A DNA stretch of 51,353 bases from Bacteroidota bacterium. Lineage in GTDB: Bacteria; Bacteroidota; Bacteroidia; JABEUT01. How positions within the stretch are numbered: the stretch's first letter is position 1; every line of letters begins with the position of its first letter. A program made the translations under genes and the position numbers. Positions 31,288-41,117 of the stretch are shown here, in pieces. The stretch covers positions 1 to 51,353 of the forward strand of contig JABDCH010000004.1 of assembly GCA_013288205.1 (NCBI GenBank), in the 5' to 3' direction. The notes under the pieces were generated by a model. That model saw only the letters and a list, made by a program, of their open reading frames with translations. It was not told where the DNA came from and did no database searches.

Positions 31288-32508
31288 CTACTTTTTTTCG
31301 TCCAAATGAAGATCGTGCCCCATCTTATCCCGTTTTGTTTGAAGATAGAAATGGTTATGAGGATTCGATGTGACTTCTAAGGGTATGTTCTCAACCATTT
31401 CAAGTCCGTAGCCTAATAAACCTGCCCTCTTTTTAGGGTTGTTGGTCATCAGTCTGATTTTGGATATATTCAGGTTTCTTAATATTTGAGCACCAACACC
31501 ATAGTCGCGTTCATCCATTTTAAAGCCAAGCTCCAAATTGGCTTCTACTGTATCGCGCCCTTCCTCCTGCAGCTTGTATGCACGCAGTTTATTAAGTAAT
31601 CCAATGCCTCTTCCTTCCTGATTAATATAAACTATTGCACCTTTACCTTCTTTTTCAATCATCTCCATAGCCTTGTGTAATTGTGAACCACAATCGCAGC
31701 GCAGAGAGCCGAAAATATCTCCGGTAACACAGGAGGAGTGCATGCGCACCATCACAGGCTCATCTTTTTTCCAGGTGCCTTTTACTAATGCTAAATGCTC
31801 CTGATCGTTTGTAGTTTGACGGTAAGCAATCAGTTTAAAATCGCCCCATTGGGTAGGCATCTTTACTTCTATGTCGCGCGATATGATACTTTCTTTGGCA
31901 AGACGGTATTCTATTAAATCTTTAATGGAGATAACCTTCAAATCAAACTTCTTAGCAATCTCCAATAATTGAGGAAGGCGTGCCATGGTACCATCTTCGT
32001 TCATCACTTCAATCAAAACGCCTACGGGTTCAAATCCTGCCAAGCGTGCCAGGTCAATGGTAGCTTCAGTATGCCCGGCCCGGCGAAGTACTCCACCTTT
32101 CATAGCCCGCAACGGAAATATATGCCCGGGGCGGCCAAAATCTGATGCCTTGGCAGATATACTGGTTAATGCCTGTATAGTTTTCGCTCTGTCATGCGCA
32201 GATACTCCTGTAGTACAGCCATGTCCCAATAAATCTACCGTAACGGTAAACGGAGTCTGATGAAGCGATGTATTTTGAGTAACCATCATTTCCAATCCCA
32301 ATTCACGGCAACGGTCTTCTTCAACAGGAGCACACAATAGACCTCTGCCATGCTTGGTCATGAAGTTTACCATTTCAGGGGTAACGTTGCGGGCAGCCGT
32401 AATGAAATCACCTTCATTCTCGCGATCTTCATCATCTACCACTATAACTAATTTGCCATTTTTGATATCGGTAATGGCATCTTCTATAAGAGAAAGTTGA
32501 TTTTCCAT
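31288..32508 (-). CDS. ribBA: Bifunctional DHBP synthase / GTP cyclohydrolase II
   Basis: [59 protein letters not shown]. Confidence 0.98.
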   Translation of the reverse strand: MENQLSLIEDAITDIKNGKLVIVVDDEDRENEGDFITAARNVTPEMVNFMTKHGRGLLCAPVEEDRCRELGLEMMVTQNTSLHQTPFTVTVDLLGHGCTTGVSAHDRAKTIQALTSISAKASDFGRPGHIFPLRAMKGGVLRRAGHTEATIDLARLAGFEPVGVLIEVMNEDGTMARLPQLLEIAKKFDLKVISIKDLIEYRLAKESIISRDIEVKMPTQWGDFKLIAYRQTTNDQEHLALVKGTWKKDEPVMVRMHSSCVTGDIFGSLRCDCGSQLHKAMEMIEKEGKGAIVYINQEGRGIGLLNKLRAYKLQEEGRDTVEANLELGFKMDERDYGVGAQILRNLNISKIRLMTNNPKKRAGLLGYGLEMVENIPLEVTSNPHNHFYLQTKRDKMGHDLHLDEKK

Positions 32509-32515
32509 AATTCAA

Positions 32516-32551
32516 TTTATAAAGTTTGTCAAGTTCATCAAGTTTATAAAG
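32516..32551. repeat. Four imperfect 9-mer tandem repeats
   Basis: TTTATAAAG TTTGTCAAG TTCATCAAG TTTATAAAG. Confidence 0.75.
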
Positions 32552-33080
32552 CTTGCACCTCAGATTTTGATTTGTAAATAGGGACATTGGAACATGCTTC
32601 GCCATACATAATACTTTTTACATACGGTTTTAATAATGCGACCGCATCTGAGAAGGCTGATAAAGGCAGTTCCTTGTCCCCACAGCCACGTATCATCACT
32701 CTTTTATCTTTATAATTTTCAGGATGCAAATTTTCCCTGAGCGATTCGGTGTATATTACCGTCTCTAAAGTATCCCTGTTTCCTGAAACTACTTTTTTAG
32801 CGTATGGCTCCAGCTCTGAAGCAATCAACATATAGGCCCATTGCGGAATGATAGCATCGGCCGTAGAAGTGATGGCAACAAACTTGTTTTGATATTTGGT
32901 CCAATCCTCATTTTTAAGGTAGGCACGAAAATCTTTTTCACGCAAAATAAGTCCCTCAAAAAGATGGTCTTTCAAGTCAATACTAATTCTTTCCCCTTCG
33001 GGATAAAAATCACCCAGGTTAAGCGGTTCCAAACTGCTATTGGCTACCTTGTTTTTTATTTCGTCAGTTTCTTCAACCAT
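32544..33080 (-). CDS. DUF2480 family protein
   Basis: Start moved to ATG 33080. EIKNKVANS, GLILREKDFR, ADAIIPQWAYML, RGCG, SIMYGEACSNVP. Confidence 0.88.
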   Translation of the reverse strand: MVEETDEIKNKVANSSLEPLNLGDFYPEGERISIDLKDHLFEGLILREKDFRAYLKNEDWTKYQNKFVAITSTADAIIPQWAYMLIASELEPYAKKVVSGNRDTLETVIYTESLRENLHPENYKDKRVMIRGCGDKELPLSAFSDAVALLKPYVKSIMYGEACSNVPIYKSKSEVQAL

Positions 33081-33098
33081 GGCTGTTTTTTGGTGGTG

Positions 33099-33106
33099 CA
33101 AAGTTA
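33099..33106 (-). promoter_or_regulatory. -7 promoter element for DUF2480-ribBA-holB
   Basis: Minus strand TAACTTTG. Confidence 0.6.
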
Positions 33107-33185
33107 CTAAAAATAGAGATGATAAAGAAGAGGTAAGAGATGGGTCGGTTTAAGGCTTTCAGCTTACATTTTATCACTATTTTAT

Positions 33186-33193
33186 TACATTTG
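33186..33193 (+). promoter_or_regulatory. -7 promoter element for pepT (near-leaderless)
   Basis: TACATTTG ends 4 nt before ATG 33198. Confidence 0.55.
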
Positions 33194-33197
33194 CCCT

Positions 33198-34439
33198 ATG
33201 ATTATACCAGAAGACGTAACCGAGCGCTTTTTGCGCTATGTAAAGATTGATACCCAATCAGATCCTGAATCGCCAACCATTCCATCTACAGCCAAACAAA
33301 AGAATTTGGCCAAGGTTTTGCTGGAAGAGCTAAAAGCCATGGGCATTGCCGATGCCGAATTGGACGAATATGGCTATGTATATGCCACTATTCCATCTAA
33401 TACCGACAAAAACGTGCCGGTATTATGCTTTTGTTCGCATATGGATACTTCGCCTGATTGCAGTGGTGTCAATGTGAACCCTATTATCCATAAAAACTAT
33501 CAGGGGGGAAACATGCAGTTACCCAATGATAAAACACAGATACTCACTCCTGATGCTCATCCCGATTTGCTTAACCAAATTGGCAACGATATTATAACCA
33601 CCGACGGAACTACATTACTTGGCGCTGATAACAAAGCAGGGTTGGCTGAAATTATGGCTGCCGCTAAGTATTTAATGAATCATCCGGAAGTGAAGCATGG
33701 AGCTATCCGCATATTATTTACTCCCGATGAAGAAATAGGCAGGGGTGTAGACAAAGTAGATATGAAAAAACTGGGCGCGCAATATGGTTACACGATGGAT
33801 GGTGAATCACTCGGACATATTGAAGCAGAAAATTTTTCTGCCGATGCGGTTTCCATTACCATAACCGGAGTAAGTGTTCATCCCGGATTTGCAAAAGGAA
33901 AAATGGAAAATGCCATCAAAATTGCATCTGCTATTATCGATGAATTGCCAAAAGATATACTGTCGCCTGAATCTACCGAAGGAATGGAGGGATTTGTTCA
34001 TCCTACCTCTATAAGTGGCAGTTTGGAACAAGCCACACTTAAGTTCATCATACGCGATTTTGTAACGGAAGGATTAAAAGAGAAAGAAGCTCTGCTTGAA
34101 AAAATCACAAAAAAAGTATTGAAGAACTATCCACATTCAACATACCAATTTACGGTTACAGAGCAGTACCGCAACATGAAAGAGGTGATTGACCAACACC
34201 CGAAGGTTATTCAATATGCGGAAGAAGCTATAAAACGTTCCGGCATTAAAGCCCATAACCAAAGCATACGTGGAGGAACCGATGGTTCACGCCTCTCATT
34301 CATGGGAATGCCTTGTCCTAATATTTTTGCAGGGGAGCATGCTTTTCATGGCAAACAAGAATGGGTAAGTGTTCAAGACATGCAAAAAGCTGCCGAGGTG
34401 GTAGTGAATATTTGCAGGGTGTGGGAAGAGCGAAGCTAG
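33198..34439 (+). CDS. pepT: Peptidase T (M20B tripeptidase)
   Basis: ERFLRYVKIDTQS, SHMDTS, LGADNKAG, FTPDEEIG, IRGGTDG, FHGKQEW. Confidence 0.97.
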   Translation: MIIPEDVTERFLRYVKIDTQSDPESPTIPSTAKQKNLAKVLLEELKAMGIADAELDEYGYVYATIPSNTDKNVPVLCFCSHMDTSPDCSGVNVNPIIHKNYQGGNMQLPNDKTQILTPDAHPDLLNQIGNDIITTDGTTLLGADNKAGLAEIMAAAKYLMNHPEVKHGAIRILFTPDEEIGRGVDKVDMKKLGAQYGYTMDGESLGHIEAENFSADAVSITITGVSVHPGFAKGKMENAIKIASAIIDELPKDILSPESTEGMEGFVHPTSISGSLEQATLKFIIRDFVTEGLKEKEALLEKITKKVLKNYPHSTYQFTVTEQYRNMKEVIDQHPKVIQYAEEAIKRSGIKAHNQSIRGGTDGSRLSFMGMPCPNIFAGEHAFHGKQEWVSVQDMQKAAEVVVNICRVWEERS

Positions 34440-35045
34440 TTAAACATTTTCAAAAAATTGAACCGCAAATTCACAGAAGTCAATTATGACCTCTTTGTTT
34501 AATTCAAACTCTTTTCTGTTTCCTAAATAGTTTTGAGAATCCGGTGTTATTTCTTTTCCCTGCTTTAACTCGGCAATAGTTATACACTTAATGTGCTTTT
34601 TGGAGACAAGAACAATATACACATTTTCATAAGGATAGTTTTTATCTAGGTCCTTGAAATTAAATTTCTCACTAGTTCTAAATTTAACTTCAACAAAATA
34701 AAATTCTTTTGTATGTGGGTTTTGGATAACAAAATCAGGCATTTTTCTAATTTGCAGTGCAACCTCTGAATGGCTACCTTTTAAAAGCTCCATTATTCCG
34801 GGAATTGTATTCTCCATCCCATAGCGGAATACATTATATCCAAGCGTAAGAAATAATTCCTGAATAAGTGTTTCTGCAATGCGTCCTTTTATCATCCCCT
34901 TACTCCAGTCATATTCTTTTTTTGAAAGTCCATAAGATTCGTCGAAATCTTCGGAGATAGTGTTATTAACTTTATCATAATAGCACTCTTTGCAAAGGCC
35001 ACCATTAAATTTTGTATAAGCACCGCATTTAATACATTCAGCCAT
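34440..35045 (-). CDS. Putative PD-(D/E)XK nuclease with N-terminal Cys4 zinc ribbon
   Basis: CIKC-x10-CKEC; helix KGRIAE; PDFVI...FVEVK catalytic pattern; AT-rich. Confidence 0.7.
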   Translation of the reverse strand: MAECIKCGAYTKFNGGLCKECYYDKVNNTISEDFDESYGLSKKEYDWSKGMIKGRIAETLIQELFLTLGYNVFRYGMENTIPGIMELLKGSHSEVALQIRKMPDFVIQNPHTKEFYFVEVKFRTSEKFNFKDLDKNYPYENVYIVLVSKKHIKCITIAELKQGKEITPDSQNYLGNRKEFELNKEVIIDFCEFAVQFFENV

Positions 35046-35076
35046 ATTGTTGTAAATTATAAGTTGAGACTCTCTA

Positions 35077-36765
35077 CTACTTCACCACCTTGGAAGTAAA
35101 AACAGAACCGGTTTCATCTGTCAGAACAACAATATAAACTCCGGCAGGAAGGTTTTGCATACCACCCAAACTAATAAGCGTATTGCCACCTCCGGCTACT
35201 TTCCACTCTTTTTGATTTACGATTTGTCCTAATGTATTGAACATTCTCACATTCACATTTTGAACGGTGGAAGAGAAAAATGAAACCGTAATATTATCAC
35301 TAAATGGGTCGGGATAAACTTTGTTAAGATTAGTTATAACTTTATTTTTGGTTATTCCGGTTAGTGCTGTTAAAATGGTTCTGGCAAGGCAAAAATCGGG
35401 AATGCCATATCCTAAGAGGGAATCAGGCTGGGTATATTGGCTTGCACTTTCGCGGATAGCCTGCATTACTTGTACACAATTAGCGTTAGTATCAGCTTGC
35501 CACAAACAGGCAGCAGCACCTGCAATAAGCGGAGTGGCAAAAGAAGTGCCGCTTCCGTATGTAACCCCGCCACCAGGAGAAGCCAACGCAGTATTTTCAC
35601 CTTGTGCACCTACATCAGGTTTTAGTCTACCATCGGAAGTAGGACCAGTAGAACTGAATGGAGCATAATTTTCATTAGCATCAACTGCACCTACGGTGAG
35701 TATGCTGTCGGCATCGCCCGGAGATGAAACATAACGCCAGGGAGAAGACCCAAGATTTCCTGCTGCTACGCAAACAACCATGCCTTTTTCTACCGCTATG
35801 GTGGCGGCTCTACTCGCTACAGCTACTTTACCATTCATATCGGCATATGTATAATTGGTATTTGGATCATCAAATGTGGTATATCCCAGTGATGAAGTGA
35901 TTACATCGGCTCCGGCGCTGTCAGCATACTCAGCACCAGAAGTCCAGTTATCATCTTCAATCTGGTATTCGCTTTGAATATCCTCTGTGCGGAGCAAATA
36001 AAAATCAGCATCTACAGCATCCCCTAAAAATTGTCCCGGAAGATTTCCGGCCATGCACGATAACACCATCTGACCATGGTAATCTGCATTATTGGTATCA
36101 TCATACACATTAGTATCTTCCCAAACAAAATCCCATGTTCCCAATATACCCGACCTGTTATATAAGCTGTCGAATGCTGGAAGCTTATTAGCAATGCCAA
36201 AGCGCGCATCAATTTGTGCAATGCGTTTGCCTTTCCCACGAAAGCCCGTATTATTAAGACAATCAATGCCAATCATGTGCCGTTGGTTGTTTGAAGCACT
36301 ATCAAAAGCAGCACTGTCTATACTATTTCGCTGCATAGGAGAGCGCGTATTTATCACTTCAATAAAATCATTTTTATTCTGCCCGGGGCTTATTATGGTT
36401 ACAAACTTTGAGCTCTTCACAAATGGTAAGGCTCTTATTTTTGTCATCGCAGCAGCCGTATCGGAAGCGCTCACAGCATCAATGCTAATAGCATTAAACC
36501 ATCGCGAGCGGTTTAACAATTTCACTCCTTTAGAAACTACACTGTCAATGTAAGCAGGATTCGGAGGCAAGTCGTTAATCTTTATCGGTATGTTATATTT
36601 TGTACGCCGCTGGATTGCCCGTGTCGACAGATACACAGAAGGCTTACCAACAGAATACGGACTATTATTTTTATCTGTAAATTGTATCCAATATTTATAA
36701 TAAGACTGTGAAAATAAATGGCATTGGATAAGCAGTGAAATAAAAAAGAGAAATCGCTTTTTCAT
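35077..36765 (-). CDS. S8 subtilase with T9SS type-A C-terminal sorting domain
   Basis: Signal peptide; triad D (IAQID), H (YHG), S (GTSFATP); oxyanion AAGN; CTD VYPDPF...GVYIV...SKVVK. Confidence 0.93.
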   Translation of the reverse strand: MKKRFLFFISLLIQCHLFSQSYYKYWIQFTDKNNSPYSVGKPSVYLSTRAIQRRTKYNIPIKINDLPPNPAYIDSVVSKGVKLLNRSRWFNAISIDAVSASDTAAAMTKIRALPFVKSSKFVTIISPGQNKNDFIEVINTRSPMQRNSIDSAAFDSASNNQRHMIGIDCLNNTGFRGKGKRIAQIDARFGIANKLPAFDSLYNRSGILGTWDFVWEDTNVYDDTNNADYHGQMVLSCMAGNLPGQFLGDAVDADFYLLRTEDIQSEYQIEDDNWTSGAEYADSAGADVITSSLGYTTFDDPNTNYTYADMNGKVAVASRAATIAVEKGMVVCVAAGNLGSSPWRYVSSPGDADSILTVGAVDANENYAPFSSTGPTSDGRLKPDVGAQGENTALASPGGGVTYGSGTSFATPLIAGAAACLWQADTNANCVQVMQAIRESASQYTQPDSLLGYGIPDFCLARTILTALTGITKNKVITNLNKVYPDPFSDNITVSFFSSTVQNVNVRMFNTLGQIVNQKEWKVAGGGNTLISLGGMQNLPAGVYIVVLTDETGSVFTSKVVK

Positions 36766-36772
36766 GAAAGAA

Positions 36773-37819
36773 TCAAGGTGTTACGGAACCAGTTTTTTCC
36801 CTGTAAATAACATTCAGCAGGGTCGTGCCCACCACTTGCAAAGTAGATTTATCTATTACGCTCATATTATCGCTATGCTTGTGATGGAAATAGGGATAGT
36901 CATGGGTTTTCACATCATAATGAACAATATCAATGGTTGGAATATTTGCCAATTTATTTATGTATAAATGATCATCAATGGTTGGACCGGTCCTATCTTG
37001 TGTGAAATAATTACCATAGCCTATACGTGCTGCAATATCCCAAACTTTATTTACAACTTGAGGGGCAAAAGAATCAGAGGTACCCTCTCTTGGGAACAAG
37101 GCATTCTTGCCACCTACCATATCCAGCAATATCCCGTAACGCGGCATGATATAATTGGTAGGAAGATTCCGGGCCCAATATTGTGAACCCGTGCACCAGG
37201 TATTATCTTGCACAGGATATTTAGTATCCTCTCCATTCACTCCATCTTGCTGACCGTAATCTTCCAAATCAACAAACACTAAATCAACGCCAATACCTGC
37301 GTTTTTCAAATGATGTGCAAGTTCTAACAATACGGCTACTCCGCTACCTCCATCATCGGCGCCGTCAAATGGCTTGTCAGGGTCAACTGTATCCATATCG
37401 GCCCAGGGGCGGGTATCCCAATGCGTACATAACATTACACGTACATTATTATTAGGTTCCGATTGTGCTATTATATTTTCAAATTTGAATTGTTTTCCAT
37501 CAAATGTTCTTGCCTTCGATTCTTGAATGATAGGATGCAAACTGTCCTTGGTTAGTTGGGCAACAATAAAATTGAGGCACTCTTGATGCGCTTTTGTTCC
37601 CGGAATACGGGGACCAAAATCAACCTGTTCCTTCACATAGTTATATGCGCTATCCGCATTGAACGAAGGAACTGTTACTGCTATCTCAACAGCTCTTTTC
37701 GCCGTATCGGATGAGAAAACAGCCGCACCATTTTCATTATGATGACATCCATTGAATAATATGAATCCTGGCAATATCGCCAGCAAACTTGCTGCAATTA
37801 CTTTATTTTTTCTTTTCAT
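36773..37819 (-). CDS. M28 family lipoprotein, glutaminyl-peptide cyclotransferase-like
   Basis: Start ATG 37819 (MKRKNK...LFNG-C lipobox). FGPRIPGT, HWDTRP, GADDGGSGV, DLEDYG, LDMVG, DDH, HH..SDN. Confidence 0.85.
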   Translation of the reverse strand: MKRKNKVIAASLLAILPGFILFNGCHHNENGAAVFSSDTAKRAVEIAVTVPSFNADSAYNYVKEQVDFGPRIPGTKAHQECLNFIVAQLTKDSLHPIIQESKARTFDGKQFKFENIIAQSEPNNNVRVMLCTHWDTRPWADMDTVDPDKPFDGADDGGSGVAVLLELAHHLKNAGIGVDLVFVDLEDYGQQDGVNGEDTKYPVQDNTWCTGSQYWARNLPTNYIMPRYGILLDMVGGKNALFPREGTSDSFAPQVVNKVWDIAARIGYGNYFTQDRTGPTIDDHLYINKLANIPTIDIVHYDVKTHDYPYFHHKHSDNMSVIDKSTLQVVGTTLLNVIYREKTGSVTP

Positions 37820-39302
37820 ATTTCCAGGTTGTTTTATCGGCTGAATCTTGCAAGGTAACAAAACGGGAGAGCATGTTCCGTATTGCATCAGCCAATGAGA
37901 AGTCTTTTTTTCTTTTCGCTTCGTAACGCATTTCCAGCATACTATCTACCAGTTTGCCGAAATCTTCATTATTCTGAGTAGTATCCTCTTCCGGAATAAG
38001 TCCTAATATATCGGTATAGAAAGTGCAGTAGGCATTTTTAAATTTTTCAAATGTTTCTTTGCTTACGCCTTCTGTTTTTCCACTTGTGGCAAATTGATTT
38101 ACTACAGGTGAAACCTTGAACATATTGGAAATAACAATAGCGGTATTGATATCGTCATTCATGGCATCAATACATTCCTTTTCAAAGGACGACAATAATT
38201 TTTCTGTATCATCCTGGATAGTTGCTCCATCCCAATTCATATCTTTCAGCGAGAGATATACACCACTCAATCTGTCGTATGCTTTTTCGGCATCCTGCAA
38301 TCCTTTGTTAGAGAAATCGATTGGGTTCCGGTAATGCGCCTGTAGCAAACAAAACCGCAATGCCATGGGACTATAAGCCTTTTCGAGCAAATGATGGTTC
38401 CCACTGAAAAGTTCATCCAGCGTAATAAAGTTATTGAGTGATTTGCCCATTTTCTGCCCGTTAATAGTAAGCATATTACTGTGCATCCAATAGCGTACAG
38501 GCTGCTTGCCGTTGGCCCCCAATGACTGGGCTATTTCACATTCGTGGTGCGGAAAAAGCAAATCCATTCCACCACCATGTATATCAAAAGTTTCGCCTAA
38601 ATATTTTGCACTCATGGCCGAACATTCAATGTGCCAACCCGGGAAGCCTTCGCTCCAGGGCGATGGCCAGTGCATAATATGTTCCGGCGCTGCCTTTTTC
38701 CATAAAGCAAAATCAAGTGGATTTCTCTTTTCGCTCTGTCCGTCAAGTTCACGGGTATTATGCTGCAAATCTTCCGTTACTCTTCCCGAAAGTTCTCCAT
38801 ACGGATAATCTTTTTCAAATCGTTGCACATCAAAGTAAACGGAACCCTGCGATACATAAGCATATCCGTGTTCGATAATTTTTTCAATCATTACTATCTG
38901 TTCAATGATGTGGCCTGATGCACGGGGTTCAATCGACGGTGGCATGTTGTTAAGTTGCCGCATATTTTTATGGAAGGCAAGCGTATAAAGTTGCACTATT
39001 TCCATAGGCTCCAGCTTGTCTAGCCTCGCTTTTTTGGCTATTTTGTCTTCACCTTCATCGGCATCGTTTTCCAAATGCCCCACATCCGTAATGTTTCGCA
39101 CATAGCGTACTTTGTAGCCTAAATAAAGCAGGTAGCGGTATATCACATCAAAGGCAGTATAGGTGCGCGCATGGCCTAAGTGGGAATTACCGTAAACCGT
39201 TGGTCCGCATACATACAAGCTTATGAATGGCGGATGCATCGGAGTGAAAAGTTCTCTTTCCCTTTTAAGGGTATTGTAGATATATAATTTTGAATCGGTC
39301 AT
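37803..39302 (-). CDS. cysS: Cysteine--tRNA ligase
   Basis: Start moved to ATG 39302. CGPTVY..HLGH, DFALWK, PGWHIECSAM, HGGG.DL.FPHHE, KMGKS. Confidence 0.98.
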   Translation of the reverse strand: MTDSKLYIYNTLKRERELFTPMHPPFISLYVCGPTVYGNSHLGHARTYTAFDVIYRYLLYLGYKVRYVRNITDVGHLENDADEGEDKIAKKARLDKLEPMEIVQLYTLAFHKNMRQLNNMPPSIEPRASGHIIEQIVMIEKIIEHGYAYVSQGSVYFDVQRFEKDYPYGELSGRVTEDLQHNTRELDGQSEKRNPLDFALWKKAAPEHIMHWPSPWSEGFPGWHIECSAMSAKYLGETFDIHGGGMDLLFPHHECEIAQSLGANGKQPVRYWMHSNMLTINGQKMGKSLNNFITLDELFSGNHHLLEKAYSPMALRFCLLQAHYRNPIDFSNKGLQDAEKAYDRLSGVYLSLKDMNWDGATIQDDTEKLLSSFEKECIDAMNDDINTAIVISNMFKVSPVVNQFATSGKTEGVSKETFEKFKNAYCTFYTDILGLIPEEDTTQNNEDFGKLVDSMLEMRYEAKRKKDFSLADAIRNMLSRFVTLQDSADKTTWKYEKKK

Positions 39303-39312
39303 TGTTGTTCTA

Positions 39313-41091
39313 TTAATATTTCTCGTTTCTGTATGAATGCCTAGAAGACACTGCCGCTTTAATATCTTCAATGGTTCCTCTCGGAACCGCATTAATTAAG
39401 CGTTTTGTATATTCCTTTTGCGGATTAAAATAGATTTCGTCTGAATCTCCCATCTCCTCTATTTTTCCATTGTATAGCACAATCATGCGATCTGAAATAA
39501 ATTTAATAACTGAAATATCATGCGAAATAAACAAATAAGTAAATCCGAAATCCTTTTTCAGTTCCGACAGCAAATTTATCACTTGTGCCTGAACTGACAC
39601 ATCTAATGCCGAAATACATTCGTCGCACACAATAAATTCAGGGTTAAGAGCCAATGCCCGCGCAATACAAATACGTTGCCGCTGCCCACCTGAAAACTCA
39701 TGCGGATACAGATTAAACTGCGATGTATTCATATTTACGCGCTCCAGCAATTCAATAGCCCTTGCCTTGCGTTCTTTTTCACTATTCAGAATTTCATGCA
39801 CCCGCATGGGCTCCACAATCGATTCGCCAACAGTTAAATGAGGGTTGAGCGATGAATAGGGATCCTGGAAGATAATCTGCAACCTTTTTCGATACTGACG
39901 CATTTCTTCCGTGGAAAGCTTCCGGATATCTGTTCCTCTATAATTAATGCTGCCCGATGTAGGTTCTATTAAACGTAAAATAGTTCTGCCTAACGTTGTT
40001 TTACCTGAACCTGATTCCCCAACAATACCCAATATTTCACCGGGGTATACATCAAAACTAATGTCATCTACCGCTTTTACATAATCAATAGTCTTACCTA
40101 AAACGCCCTTATGAATGGGAAAATATGTTTTCAAGTTTTCCACTTTCAGCACTGGCTCTAACGCATACAGTTTTTGCCGGGAATTTTTTCTTTCCTCTGG
40201 CGTGATGATGTTTTTATCCGATAAAATATATTCAGTTTTATTACTGTCATCCAGAAAATCTTTAACTGTTGGCAGAATATGTAAGTGTTTATACAATGGC
40301 GGACGGCAGGCAAGCAATCCCTTGGTATAGGGATGTTGCGGATTAGAGAAAATATCTAAAATGCTACCCTGCTCAACAATATCGCCCTTATACATTACCA
40401 GTGCTTTGTCTGCTATTTCGGCAATCACGCCCAAATCGTGCGATATAAAAATAATGCTCATATTATTCTCTTCCTGCAATTCCTTCAACAATTCAAGAAT
40501 AGCTTTTTGAACTGTTACATCAAGTGCCGTTGTGGGCTCATCTGCAATCAGCAACAAAGGGTTGCACGATATAGCCATGGCAATCATCACCCGTTGCTTT
40601 TGCCCACCCGAAAGCTGGTGCGGATAAGAATCCAATAGGGCTTCAGGTCTTGGAAGTTTTACACGTTTAAATAATTCCAAGGTACGGTTGCGGCCTTCAT
40701 TTTTAGAGACCTGCTGATGTAACATAATGGCTTCCATTACCTGGCTTCCACAGGTTAGCACAGGATTTAACGAAGTAAGCGGTTCCTGGAAAACCATAGC
40801 AATTTCGTTACCACGAAAACTGCGCATTTCTTTTTCCGACAGGTTTTGAATGACTGTTTTCCCCTGCCTGGAGTTAAAAATAAGGTCTCCGCCCGAAATT
40901 TTTCCCGAGCGTGGCAGAAGACGCATCAGCGCGAGCGATGAAACCGTTTTCCCTGAACCGGATTCTCCTACTATACCAATACATTGTCCTTTTTCTACCG
41001 AATAACTTATCCCGTTAATAGCTTTAACCAGGCCTTTTTCGGTAGCGAATTCAACTGTGAGGTTATTTACTTCCAGCAGCGTGTTATCCAT
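39313..41091 (-). CDS. Fused double ABC ATPase, peptide/nickel importer type (DppD/DppF-like)
   Basis: Two GESGSGKT Walker A motifs, YPHQLSGGQ and YPHEFSGGQ signatures, PQHPYT motif. Confidence 0.93.
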   Translation of the reverse strand: MDNTLLEVNNLTVEFATEKGLVKAINGISYSVEKGQCIGIVGESGSGKTVSSLALMRLLPRSGKISGGDLIFNSRQGKTVIQNLSEKEMRSFRGNEIAMVFQEPLTSLNPVLTCGSQVMEAIMLHQQVSKNEGRNRTLELFKRVKLPRPEALLDSYPHQLSGGQKQRVMIAMAISCNPLLLIADEPTTALDVTVQKAILELLKELQEENNMSIIFISHDLGVIAEIADKALVMYKGDIVEQGSILDIFSNPQHPYTKGLLACRPPLYKHLHILPTVKDFLDDSNKTEYILSDKNIITPEERKNSRQKLYALEPVLKVENLKTYFPIHKGVLGKTIDYVKAVDDISFDVYPGEILGIVGESGSGKTTLGRTILRLIEPTSGSINYRGTDIRKLSTEEMRQYRKRLQIIFQDPYSSLNPHLTVGESIVEPMRVHEILNSEKERKARAIELLERVNMNTSQFNLYPHEFSGGQRQRICIARALALNPEFIVCDECISALDVSVQAQVINLLSELKKDFGFTYLFISHDISVIKFISDRMIVLYNGKIEEMGDSDEIYFNPQKEYTKRLINAVPRGTIEDIKAAVSSRHSYRNEKY

Positions 41092-41117
41092 TTTATCGAA
41101 GTAAATAGATTGATGTT

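Noticed and set aside
34440-35076. Nuclease gene as an integron cassette or IS
   Set aside because: No attC-like site, terminal inverted repeats, target duplication or transposase is visible.
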